Part shown: positions 1 to 26,100 of the stretch, piece after piece | Layout of the letters: every line of letters starts with the position of its first letter | Position numbering within the stretch: the stretch's first letter is position 1 | Origin: Trichoplax sp. H2 | Lineage: Eukaryota | Direction: 5' to 3' | Assembly: GCA_003344405.1 (NCBI GenBank) | Contig: NOWV01000168.1 | Span: 124,001-172,041, forward strand | Length of the DNA stretch: 48,041 bases | The notes under the pieces: generated by a model | Databases searched by the model: none | Told to the model about the DNA's origin: nothing | The model's input: only the letters and a program-made list of their open reading frames with translations | Translations under genes and position numbers: made by a program

Positions 1-1330
1 AGATATCTTGCGTGTTGGTTATACTATACAGTACTGGTCAACAGTAAAGGAGAAAGGTTAAAATAGATCCACTGTCATAATCATGAATGGCAAGAATTTG
101 GATTTGCCATCATTGAATTTCATCCAGTGACTCGAGCAGAATAACCGTAGATTGTCGCGATCATTCATGGCAAAGGATTAGGCATAATTGAATTGAAAGA
201 ATAAAAGTAGATTGAGTGATAATTAACAGTGTCATTAATCTAATTAATTCATTGATGGTAAGGATATGTGGCTTGATTGAATTTGAACTTTAACAAATGA
301 CTTGAAAAGAATCACTGTAGGCATGAGCCGATCATTGGTCATTTTGGCTAGTATTGGGCCGGTATTACTTGAAATGGTTACCCATTGATTACGAATTGAA
401 CTCAATTTGTTATCAAATACGAATTGCATTGAGCCCATACTTGAATACTGTATCGTTTTGAATTTTTCATGGCAAGGATTGGGTACGATTGAATTTGAAT
501 ATACTGTTCATCAAGTGACATTTAATGAATTAATGTCGACTCTACAGTCTACAACAGATCATCCCTTGCAAAGATTGAGTATGACTGTATTCAAAAAGAA
601 TCTATGTCGATTGCAGTGATGATTATGATCTATTTTCAACTTGCTGTACGATCATTCAAGTGGTTCAAAAAATAACCCGAAATCAATGCCAGTCAAGTTT
701 CATTTTATAATATCAGCCCATATTAGTAAAATGACTTTGGATCGACATCCATATACGACTCGCCTATACCTTACAGTGTAACTGTACATTGGCCCTGATC
801 ATTTTGCATCAATTACTTTGTACACTTGGTTTAAGCTGTCGTACTGATCCAAATTATTTTTTGATGGGGATGATGCAAGACACAAATTTGATTTACTCCG
901 CATGAGATTGGACGATTTCTTGATTTTTTTTGTAGATATGTCATTACATGTCTAATTGTATCAGTAGGACAGCTGAAACGAAGTATGCCAAGTAAAATAA
1001 TTTATGCAACATGGTCAGGGCTAGGGTGTGCAATGTGCATTAATGTGCATGGATATAAAATACCAATCTACTATACTCTATTTTATCCATGGAATGCAGC
1101 GGAGTCGTATATTGATTTTTCTTCAAAGCAACATTTTACTTCGTCTACGATCCCAATATCGATCCATAGCAATGGAAGATTGTTCTTCCACTGTGAAGGG
1201 CCATGGACTAGCATAGGCCGTCCGTCGATGAAGACCCAATATCCAGCAGTTTTTGTATGGTTGTATGCATCAACTTGGTGTAGACGCTACTTCCTCCAAT
1301 ATTGACATAATCATGTTGTTTTACAGTAGG

Positions 1331-1961
1331 TTGAATGAGTTGCGGTAGGTCGGTCGACATGTAACACGAGAGATACTGTGGTGACAGCAGTTCTGGAACT
1401 CGACCGTACTACTGTACAACGACGCTACACTTGGACCATAGACTTGAGTGAGTTGCATGCATGGAATGACCGAGTGATCGTCTTTTACTATGAATGCAAG
1501 GCGAGCGATACTGCGGTGACAGCAGTTCTGGAACTCGGCCGTGCTACAACTACACCTGTCGAAGGTTTGGTTTGGACTTGAGTGAGTTGCATGCATGGAA
1601 TGACCAAGTGATCGTCTTTTACTATGAATGCAAGGCGAGAGATACAGCGGTGACAGCAGTTCTTGGACTTGAGTGAGTTGCATGCATGGAATGACCAAGT
1701 GATCGTCTTTTACTGTGAATGCAACACGAGCGATACTGCGGTGACAGGCTGTTATGTAGCTCAGGTGTAACTACAACGACGCTACTCTTTGACCATGGCC
1801 TTGAGTGAGTTGCATGCATGGAATGACCGAGTGATCGTCTTTTACTAAGAATGCAACACGAGCGATACTGCGGTGACAGCAGTTCTGGAACTCGGCCGTA
1901 CTACAACTACACTGTCCAGTATACAACGACGCCGCAGTTGGACCATGGACTTGAGTGAGTT
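1331..1961. repeat. Tandem array of ~5 units (period 91-150 bp) with a conserved ~80-100 bp core and variable tails
   Basis: The core start TTGAGTGAGTT recurs at 1444, 1578, 1669, 1801 and 1951, with a degenerate copy at 1331. Core: ttgagtgagttgcatgcatggaatgaccragtgatcgtcttttactatgaatgcaa-gcgagcgatactgcggtgacagcagttctggaactcgg. Confidence 0.95.
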
Positions 1962-2824
1962 AGGGCCATGCAGGTAAGAAAAACATGGTCAGGGTTTCAA
2001 GCTTCCACTTTTCGTCACAGAATAATGCACCATCATTGCAGGAGTTCAGTCATAGACTAGAATTGAGTTGAGTTGCTGTAGTCGTTTGATTGTAGTCTAT
2101 GAAAAATAGTTCTCGGAAAAGTTGGAGATCTCGACTGGACCAAACCAATCGACTCACTTGACTGTCTCGTATCATGGTTGGAGTCAATTTCTTACTACTT
2201 CATCGTACAGGATAGTCAGTCAGTCAGTCGAATTTAGGGTCGAGCATGCGCTCTTCGTTCGTCCTGTCCACCACAGTCTACAGTGCACAGTATCGCTGCA
2301 GTCCTGGTACGGTAGGCATGACCGATGAGAAACCCATTTGTTTACAACCTACCGTACGCCACCCTAGTTTTATTGTTTCACTATGGGCACGATGGCCCCA
2401 CGACCATCGTGCCCTGGTACCACTGACGGTAAACAATCTCTCTATGGATGAAGTGGGTGACCGCGCCAATCCTAGTTGAGTCGATGTCTTAACCCCCTCC
2501 AATGTTGCAACTACCACCGAAAGCGGTGTAAATGCCCCGACATAACCCTATCCGAGTCATTCGTTATTGGCGTCACTGACGTAGGGAACACGGTTGCAAG
2601 AGTGGAGAAGAGAAAAAGTTGCCGACGATTCCTTCTATCCTCATCATTGCAATGGTTATCCACTGCGTTCTTCTTGCTTAGTTGATAGCAGCATTTTTTG
2701 CATTAGCTTGATAGAGTCTAGTACAAGCTACGATCATGATCGCTGTAGTTTGATTCCTTTTACTCATGGTTACCGATGGCTTTTACCTTTGATTGCTTGC
2801 AGCATAAAAGGACAATCATCAATC

Positions 2825-15995
<13,171 letters not shown>

Positions 15996-16555
15996 TATTA
16001 AAGTTTGCAAGATTCTTGTTCGTTTTAAATCAAATATGAAAATTGAAAAAATCATTTTAATTTTTAATATATTAGTACTTATGTTTATATTTTACTGGCA
16101 ACTATTCCAATGACATTCTGCCGAATGATGTATAGTAGCATTCATGATTTCATTACCAAATAAGTTTTTACGGCAATTTCAATTGCACGGAAGGCAGTTA
16201 TAATTTGCAGATGGTTTTATCACTGTGTCCACAGGGCATTGTCATATTTATTTAGCATCCTTGTATTTGTGTATCATATATTACAGATATTTTAGCTGAC
16301 AAACGAATTTATTACCTTTTATTATGCATCTATCGTGTAGTTTTAAATTTCGAGAAGGATTTTTTGTTGGTTTTGAACTGTGTTAATTATAAGACATAAG
16401 CAGTATGACAGAGAATATTACACTACAATAATGGATATCTTTCGTTGAGCTACAATGGAAATTTTTAAAACAATTGTTGGTGTACATTTCTAAATTAAGA
16501 AAATGATGAATAGTTATTAAATTAGCGATAACCGTTGAGCTCTTTATGTACAGCA

Positions 16556-16593
16556 ACGTATTCTTCTGATGTATACGTATTCTTCTGATGTGT
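16556..16593. repeat. 19-bp tandem duplication downstream of HECW (probable 3' UTR or intergenic)
   Basis: acgtattcttctgatgtat followed by acgtattcttctgatgtgt. Confidence 0.8.
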
Positions 16594-18320
16594 ATGGTTC
16601 AAATCACTGGAAGACATTTATAAAATTGACATTTAAGGCTTAAAATCTGGCCTATCCTAATCGGCAATCAAAAATTTTTACCATTCTGTTAGATAAAAAT
16701 TTGTCGATGAGCATTACAGTAGATATCTTTGTACGGTGATCATTTATAGCCTATCCGTATTTGTAATAGCAACCGTTTATATGATAATCATGTTGTAAAA
16801 AATGATCTATACGTTTTTTATTTGTTTGGTTGAATATATAATATTGACGAAGTGAATTTTTCTGTACTTAATGAAAGTATTGTACTGTATTTACACTATT
16901 AAATGATGAAAGGAAAAGGATGGCGGTTCCTTTTACTTTACAATCATTTGATAACCTTATATAATAAAATGACTGGGTGTCGTATACGAACGAAACCTGT
17001 TTGATTCCTGCCTGCTCTGACATTGAAGAACTGTATAATGATATATGAACAGTTATATCGAAAATCATTTTATGTATTGTGTTATTTTACCGGCGATTCT
17101 GAAGAGATCTTATGAAATTTTACCTCATCCTAATCATTTAAATTTGAAATGATGGTCATGCAGCAGAATCGATTTCAGTGCTCTGAACACATCTTCTATC
17201 AGTTTAATATATTCTCCTACCATACGTCACAGTGTGCTATAAATGCAATCGCAATTAGCGTATTTAATGTTATGCTTTACATAAAGTCAACCTCTGTGAA
17301 AAGAATTTTTAGGATAGTTTATTTTTAAAAAATATACAGGTATGTTATCCCAGTATGCCTAGGGATCGAATGAATTAGTGAAATTAATAACTACTAAGGC
17401 ATGAAATAAATTTGGATAATAGGTATCAGTCAAAAATTAATATAATAAGTGAAATAGTAATAGATCAATGACGAAGTTATCGTCATCACTGTGATATTCA
17501 AATACATTAATATAAAACATATCGCAATGTGTAAAAACCATATACTACTGTAATTTAGCATCAAATTCCGTGTTAATCGACTGCATCGTAACATAATGAA
17601 TTATATATCTGTATAATAGGTATAAGTAATATCATCAAAATCAACTTTCATTTCTGGGTAATAGTTTTGGAAATAATAAACATATTTAACTTAATTTGTG
17701 ATAATGTCCAATCTGAACTACCTTCATTTTTATCATTCACCATAGACTATATTAGGCGTACTATTGTATATATTCGTGGTGAGAGTTTTTACGCTGTGTA
17801 TTAACATATAAAATATGCAGATACCTGAATAAGCAATTCATTAGAGTATAATCATAATTCAGTACAGTAAGCTTGACAACCAGAAGAAGTAATTTATCAC
17901 TGATATAATCAATAATATTATCTGAATCACCCAGTCAGACACTACGGAAACACGCACGTATTTAACTGTAATACGTACTCGGCAAGAAATCATTGATCAT
18001 TCGTAGCAGGTACATTTTTCAAGCCGGAATTATTAAGTTGACAATATGTGAGTCATTTAAATTTTACAAACGCAGACATAAAATGCTATCTTAAATTTTT
18101 CTTTCCTCAATTAAGAATTGCAACTAAAGTAAGCCAATTATTAATAGAGTAGTCATGTTACGGTTGTGAACTAAATTTCATAATAAGATAGATAATTATT
18201 TAATAATTAATGCACAGTTACCGTATGACTGCTATGAAAGATACCAATTAGAATGGTTAATTTTAAGCTGCAATTTTTACGTCCAGCTATTAATTAATAA
18301 TCTCTCAGGTTGTAGAATTA

Positions 18321-21300
18321 CTATTCTAGAATTCGACCGATGAAAGCCATAAATCTTTCGGCGTATTGCTTATGGTTAACAGTTGTAATTTCAGCACCAG
18401 CCTTGAATTAGAAGAAACAATGATGATCAAATTTTATCAGTTAAGTTAACTACATGTCATACTCTATAATAAGCAAATTAGGTGATATATCAACTACAGG
18501 ATCGAAAGAGTACTACTATAACTTACTCCATGCTTTGCAGTTTTTGCCATATGAGCTGCCTTTTTACGAGCTCCGTACTGAGTTAAAACGTCCACAATAG
18601 CTAGATAGTAAATCTCTTGATTTGTACCTAATCAGAAATTTTAGACAAGTTGGCTATAAGTTTCATTCCATACAAAATGAAATGATTGCTAATACCATCA
18701 AGTTAATTTCTATCATAGCAAAAAAAAATCAATTATATCATGAAATACCAACTTACAAGTTGTTGAACAACTTATAGCGTAAACGTTATTATCGCACACT
18801 TCCGCAGGTGACGGACTTGCAGCTGGAGAATCATCTACATCATCACCATTCGTGTTTTCGTCGGAAGAACCATCAGCTTCATCTAAGCAGTCTTCCTCAT
18901 CTTCATGATTTCTTTCCTTGAGGCCACGTTCAATATCGTGTATACCAAGTAATAAGCTATAATCCATAATTCTAAATTTTACTAAAAACTACAAAAAAAC
19001 TGCAGTTAGAATTTATCCAATAGTTGATCTCAAATACGCATATATATCTGTCTTAAAAATGGTAACTTTTATACGAGTGTAAGATAATGCAAGAATCATA
19101 CTTCTGTGTCTCTTGTTAGTATTTCCATGATCTTAGCATTTCTATCGTCGCCAATGTACAATTTACTTTGATCTTTGGTAAAGTCGTTATCTTTAAAAGT
19201 CGGTAATTCCTTCGCCTACATGTGTGTATATATGCACATAAATATAGCGATATCTAACTGGTCTTAGCCTATTCTATAATTCTGTAAAATATTTACTTTC
19301 TCAGGATGATTTTAAATAATGCTTTACTATAGCCCTCATATCTCATAATCTAAATGATCATTGATCTACACTCAGTACCCGCCATCCAACCTCGCATCCA
19401 CTTTTCAACGTTAATCTTTCAAACCGTAAAATAAGTCAAACACTATAAAATCAGACCACGACACGAGATTATCCGACAGGCTGAACAGTTCTCACCATAA
19501 GGCATCAAATTTTAATCATCGGGCAATAATACGAATATCACTCTCACAAAATACACAAAACTAGACTTATTATAGGCGCAATAAATTTAGCAACTGCCTT
19601 TGACCTAAGATTGTGACAGGCACACTTCAAATGTTGTAAACTACACATCTTTTACAGACCTTTTCTTCGTTTCGAGCTACTCTTCCTACACTGGAACCTT
19701 TCAAGTCGTATTTCTTGTGGGGAGGATACATTGCGCTAAAAACGCTTCTCATAACGATTAAGTAATTTTCCTTATGATTGATTGTGATCCGATACATACC
19801 AAGATATTGGGGTAGAAGCGTAACACCTTTATTTTCGATAATATACTATAAAAAAATATGGAAACGCTTTCATTTCTTTGCAGATTAAGAATGATAGCCT
19901 TTGCAAATAATTATATAGTATGTTTTTATTAATCATTACAAAAAACATCGTTATCGTTTCTATTGTCGTATAACTATGAGCTATAAGAGAACAAAAAATG
20001 ATTTAAAATATTATCTCTAATATATCAAATTAACAACGTCTACTAGAGAGAGTTGAGAAACTATGGTATACCTTGCTTAGCATTTAAACTGTAAAATCAT
20101 AGATTCTCCATTTAATTTATTGAGAAATAAATACCTGGTGATAACCTTGTAGGATGAGGTGCATAGTTTCAACATCATAAGAATCAATAGTTTTAACCAC
20201 ATACTGCTTATCGCGTGATACAAAGAATTTTCCACTGTCACCATATTGCATGAGAGGCGAAAAAGCTATAGATTGCTAATAATTGTATAATATAAAAAAA
20301 GAAATAAAATTATTAAATAGAAGTTTTTGTCACAGTTTAATAAGAAGTAATACCTGTAAATTATACTAATTAGCTCGTACAGCATTGAGTACACTTTAGC
20401 AATACTTCACAATCAATCAATCAATAGAATAAAAAATAGCTACAATTGCCTTGACTTACTTTAAATTGTTCATCGTCAATATCGAAGCATTCCCGTAACT
20501 TCTTAAATACTTTAGGACAATACTCTTTATATTTAAAATGACCTGGAAGAGTTTCCCTGCAATAAAGTTATAAAATAATTACTTTGGTCACAGTATGAAC
20601 AACGCTAAGTTGATCATAACGCTTACAAGCTATCACAAAATTGAACTGATGTAACAGAAATAAGTGTTATTTTGTATACTCGTATGTGAGAATAGTAGTA
20701 ACAGTTTCCTAAATTCTGCAGTGAGAACAACTGTATAGTACAGTATGTTCAAAAGACAGACTAACACAGGTACACGTACATATACAAGATATAAAAAAAA
20801 AAAGTAGTCTACTATACACTAATAGACATAAGGTAGTATGTGTTTAACATTATTTGTATGTCAGACTTTACGTCTTAAGGTACAAGATATCATTTTATGT
20901 CGCATAAATTACTGTATAATATATCTCATAGAGGAGAGTCGAATATTTCATTTTTTACATTTTCACTAGCAGAAGCTTAATTGTTATTTCAAGAGCAGGT
21001 GAAAGCAAGTTAAACTGTATTTTCTATTCCCTATTCAAAACGGTAAATAATAAATTACTACTAAAATTGTCTATATCTATTAATTAGCTTATAAGATTAA
21101 TGCTATACTGGAGAAAGCAATATGAAAATACAATCATTTTTCCTAATTCTAAAGATACGAACATATATATGTACAAGAACTTCTGGAATATTTATGTTAC
21201 TCTAATATCTAAAATATATATCATTAAAAAACTAATTTTATTGCTACATTGCAAGCAATAATTTCCTATTATTTTAATTATAAAACTAATCCAAAATGTA

Positions 21301-24300
21301 ATCATAAAAATTAATGTTACCGTATACCGGGTTGATGCTGTTTGCATTTCGGAAATTTACGTGCTAATATTACGCACAGAATTAGCTCATTAATTATATA
21401 TTATCAGTTGGGATCGATCATTCCTCATTTATACTTATAAAAAATACCAAAAGAGAAGTTTATCTCTTGGTTATGTTAACATATTCTTACCTTACAGTAA
21501 GTCATCTAGAAAACTATCACCCGTATTTTTTTGTTGCAAATATTAATTAATAACTGAATATGAATCATTATTAATTATAATTAATTACGACCGCTTAGCA
21601 ATTTATTTTCTACGGAGAATTTGGTCATTTATACGTAAATAAAGGTTGCGTATACACTGTAGATCAGCTGCTAGGAGTTCTAATGTACTGAGTACAGTAT
21701 ACCATTGTGCAGCAAGGCTGCGGTGTATCGTACTACAGCATTATATTATATTTATTAAGATACTATTAGCATCTTGCTCACAATCGTAATATGGTTCTAC
21801 TATTACGAAATCCGTCGTTAAAATCAATAAAGGATATTTAGAATTCATCAAGTGTTACGTATGCCTAAACGTATTGCAGAATACAAATTTTTTAGTCATA
21901 AATTGTTCACTTAAAATATCGCAATAGTTGAGCATCATTGACGACACACCGTACAGTATTGTACAGTACATACTATTGTTGTTTTAGAAGTTATTTTTGC
22001 AATACTGCAATACATTTCACCGTTACATTGATCAACAACATTATAAATACAATAGTGTAAATATATCGTAGTAAATCAACAGCTTCGACTGATCCAGCAA
22101 AATTACCAGTATCGTTTCTATCGACTATATGTTTTTAATTATATAGATAATTATGTACAACTGTAAAAATATTTTAACAATACCATTCTTCTACTTTGTA
22201 ACATCAGTGAATATGAGAGAATCATCATTTGCCGTTGAAGCAATATTGTAACATAGCAGGTGCAGCAGGGTACACTGTACAGTGAACAGCCTATTACCCG
22301 TGTTTATGCATCATTAAAAGGTTATTAAATACTGTATAACTTGCAGAGTATCTTTGTAACATTTTTCAACTTTATACGTATAAACTTGCATACGATGATA
22401 TCAGTTTACTGTTAGTTAAATAGATGCATGATCCTGTAGGATTTACTTGGTGACAACAGCGACAATCTTTTGATTTTAATTGACTTGTCAACTAATACAG
22501 TGAATCACTGCGGTCTACACCAGAGTTGGGATACAGAGGAAAATTAGCGCAATGTTATTTCGCCCAGCATGGGACTGTAAAGTAGATGAATTCACCGTTG
22601 AAAAAATATATATTAATAATAAAAAATAATAAATATGCTGTACGTATACAATAATACTGCCCGTATTCTTGCATACGTACAGTACGGTAGATATAATATT
22701 TTACAATATTGCTAACCCTGATAATAATAATACTGTAGTAATATTAGCGTACCTATTAAATTCAATAAAAACGTAAAAATTTCAAAATATCGGCTGTGTT
22801 TGAGTTGTATTATGAATCTGTTGTTGTCCTCTGCAATTCTTTGTTTGAAAATCATTCCTGTAAAACCGTTTATAAACGATGTATTCGAGTAGATAGTCAA
22901 ATACTGTGTCAAAACGAAATTGCGAGTACTTTTTTACTGTACAGTACTGCATATGTGCTACTTTTAACGCTATAGTAAATTTGCATTGTAGTAATTTACT
23001 ATACAGCAATTTCAGTTTGATGTTCAGGGTATCAAAAAAAAATTATACACTGACTACATCATTATCGAGTTAATACGTTATTTACCCATAAGTTCATGTT
23101 TTTAAGAACGGCAGTTTCTTTTCAGCTTTTTGATTCTTAGTGACAGTAAAATTGCTAGTTTAGCAGTTGTGAGACAAGACCCAATGCCTCCAATAAAGTA
23201 AGATTGTCAGAAGTGATATGGACTTTTTAAGATAAAAATACAGTATATTTATAAAATTTAAGATAGTAACAAACTGATTGACTTAGTAGCCAATGGTAAG
23301 AAGTTGTCACGTAATGTAGCTACAGACTACAGAACGTATCACATTTGGTGTGGAAGTCTGCAACTAGAGCACACAATAAGTATGATTGTTTTTACGTGCT
23401 ATTCAATCAATTTTATTACCCTATACAGTACTGTAATCCCAGTATAACCATCGCCAGGTGTACGTAAAATACAGTAGTGATTTGATAATGTGAGCAAGGA
23501 CTAAATCTAGTCCTGATGAACCGTAAAGAAATCAAATATGAATAGTTTAGGTACATGATATGATGATAGTCAATGTCGAAAAGTATTTAATTAGAGCTCA
23601 TACTGTTATAAAGTACCTGTCGGTGAGTTTGTCTATCCAAAATAATCATGATTTAGCTATTGTAATATCATGAATTGATGACAACGTACTGTACATATAT
23701 ACTCATACAACTGTACAGTGTACAGTATATTAATTTCGATATCTACGCATCTATGAATATAGGACAAGATAGGCACGTATCCGACTGAACAAAACAGCAT
23801 CACGCGAGTACCTATGGTTGATTTGCATGGAGAAATTGGATCGATACAAAATACAGTGCTAGATGTCCTGTAACATTTTGATCAACAATTGTAGGTAATC
23901 ACTAGATTGCCAAGCCTAACTACTTACATCACTAATCATTTTATTTTTTCACGGATGGAAGAAAACGTACTGTACACATTATAAAGAATATTTAAGAAAA
24001 ACAAATACCGTAATTGATTTTATAGAAAGTCAGAATTGCTATCATTCGTTGGTCTTTCAAATATCAAAACAAATCGATTGACATAACAAATGAGATAAAA
24101 TTGCAGTTGTTATATGGTGCTTGGAAATCATAATTGAAATCTTTTTTCAACTTGAAAAAAATAATTTGTTTCGTCTGTTTTTGTAATGTTTTTTAACTTA
24201 CTCGTTAAAGTAATAATTTTCCACCTTGGTTTTACTATAGGCTTTGAAGTCACCAGGTAGTAACATGACCGGCATTTCAACATGAGATAATTGTTCAATC

Positions 24301-25469
24301 TGGCATTTGTCAACAGTTATTTTTTATTTTTTTTTTTTAATTTTGATTTTCATGACATCACCACGTTGATGGATATCGATTTAGAAATTAAATGTTGGGA
24401 TACAGAATTCGGCGATTTTTCAGAGGTGGTTACATCGTTGTGTCCACGTTGATATTAAGAGAGAGAAAGATAAAAAGAAAACTATCAGAAAATGTCAACT
24501 TAGCAATCAAGCTATTGGAATAAATAATGCTTCTATGTATTGGACTGTAGTTGATATCTGGGGGGGGGGCGATCGATCGACAGACAGATACTGACTACTA
24601 TACGGTAACAGGTTTAATGTTATGTTTGTAAAGAAGAGGAGAGGATAGGATTGAGTTGGATGTAATTTCATTGACTATATTCACTGCCAACTACAGTACT
24701 GCTATCGTCGGTAATAAGTACATGATCCAAAAGTACAGGATCAAGAAAGAGAGAAAAAGGCTAGGATATGATATCGAATCATTGCCATGGGCATCTTTGT
24801 TGGTAATTGATTAATTAATATGTATCTGTACTAAGTCTAGATAGAGTACGTTGGGCATTCAATGGGATCATTAACCCTACAGTAAAGTAATGGTGACTGT
24901 ATAAAGACTTGTGACTCTATTGACATTTTTCTGCCGTTTCAGTGTTCAATCGTTCTTTTCAATCTAGCGTCAGAGGGAGAAAAAAGAAGTGATTTTCCAG
25001 TAGTTTCTCAAAAGGAGAAGATCGAAATGTTTTCGAACGACGGCAGCACGAGGCATTGCGATACCTGTATGGAGTAATTCTATGGTAATTGGCGCAGCCC
25101 CGTGGCCACTGCGCGTTGTTGAAAAGTGACTAACTAGATTGAGAGTGCGTATCCAGCAGCTCGTGCAGTCGATGGTGAAAAAAGTGAACGACCTACTAGA
25201 CTATACTAAATGGCTTGTACAACATGCTACTGGTTCAACTTTTTATCGTATCATTCCTTTGATAGACTAGGACTAGAAAGTAGAGCAAATAGCATTATGT
25301 CAAAAAATAGCAATAAGCAAAGATAACATCGACTTACAGAATAATTTAATCCCCACATAAAGACTGAGAGTAATTTGTTCTCCGAGCGAAACAATTTTAA
25401 TTTTTGCTTGACAGGTTTAATTTTTTTGACAGATTTACTTTTCTTCTTATTCACGGGCTTGGAAGACAT
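18321..25469 (-). CDS. PIP4K2: Phosphatidylinositol 5-phosphate 4-kinase type 2 (PIP4K2 family), ~393 aa, 9 coding exons
   Basis: Minus-strand exons 25469-25338, 24299-24202, 20556-20460, 20275-20135, 19845-19660, 19215-19102, 18988-18757, 18627-18527, 18401-18321 (1182 nt). Motifs: [96 protein letters not shown], and the type II activation loop [19 protein letters not shown]. Confidence 0.96.
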
Positions 25470-25755
25470 TTTCAATTCCTTTTCCTGTAATTGCTGCTAG
25501 CAATAACGTGTCAAAGATCTCCTTTTCCTTTCCAACAGGCCAAGCTAGGATCGATTTGCTAACCTATTTCTTGACTGCAATTTTCTCACTCCGTCTTATC
25601 AATGTGGACTCCAGTCAATTTGTCATACTTCACTGACTCAGCGAAGTCCTTTTGACTGCTGTCCAAAGGGGGAGATGAAGTGCAGTAGAACTTGAAGTGC
25701 TTGCTACACACCCGATTGGGTGTGAGGTACTCGCTTCACGCGCTGCATCCGTTCT

Positions 25756-26100
25756 GACTGTACTGTATACTACACGGTATTTGGTAAAACGTGTCAAGTG
25801 TGATAAACGTACGTACCACAATGGTATCACCCGTGCTAGTATCGTACCGTACAGTACAGTACAGTACAGTGCACAGTGGTGCTTCATACTGTAGGTAGGT
25901 ACTGTACAATCAGTGCACAGTCCAGTCCAGTATTAGTCATGCTGTACTGTACTGTAAAAATACCGTCCAAGTACTGTATGGTAAGCCAAGCGTTAGTAGC
26001 CTTGAAACCGTATACTGTATATTATACTGTACTGTATACTGTATTATACACAGTACTGTAGACGTTAACAGCGACTTTTAGAGTACTGTACTGTAATTGG
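25756..26100. promoter_or_regulatory. TACAG/CTGTA-rich low-complexity tract within the ~1.35-kb divergent PIP4K2/ZSWIM2 upstream region (probable bidirectional promoter region)
   Basis: Dense repeats such as cagtacagtacagtacagtgcacagt (~25852-25876) and tatactgtatattatactgtactgtatactgtattatacacagtactgta (~26011-26060), between head-to-head ATGs at 25469 (-) and 26816 (+). The promoter role is inferred from position only. Confidence 0.5.

Noticed and set aside
1465-1535. tRNA/SINE-like A-box (TGACCGAGTGA) or SECIS-like ATGA..GA in the repeat core
   Set aside because: No proper B-box (GTTCRA), no cloverleaf, and no apical AA at SECIS spacing.
1321-1819. ORFs over the tandem array (1321-1698, 1378-1581, 1494-1676, 1622-1819)
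   Set aside because: Unit lengths of 134 and 91 bp shift the frame and introduce stops; the repeated peptides are by-products of the DNA repeat.
1331-1961. CRISPR-like repeat/spacer appearance
   Set aside because: Repeats are ~80-100 bp. The 'spacers' vary from almost nothing to ~50 bp and are related to each other (tacaacgacgc...gaccat). The context is eukaryotic and there are no cas genes.
2594-2824. N-terminal extension of HECW suggested by the ORF track
   Set aside because: It starts at a TTG and crosses a good splice acceptor at 2802. ATG 2825 is the first plausible start.
24128-24313. 61-aa minus-strand ORF as an independent gene
   Set aside because: It is an off-frame overlap of PIP4K2 exon 2 (24299-24202).
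24560-24569. Poly-G run in PIP4K2 intron 1
   Set aside because: An isolated homopolymer with no supporting structure.
25630-26061. Short ORFs rich in Y/C/T/V
   Set aside because: They are translations of the TACAG/CTGTA low-complexity tract.
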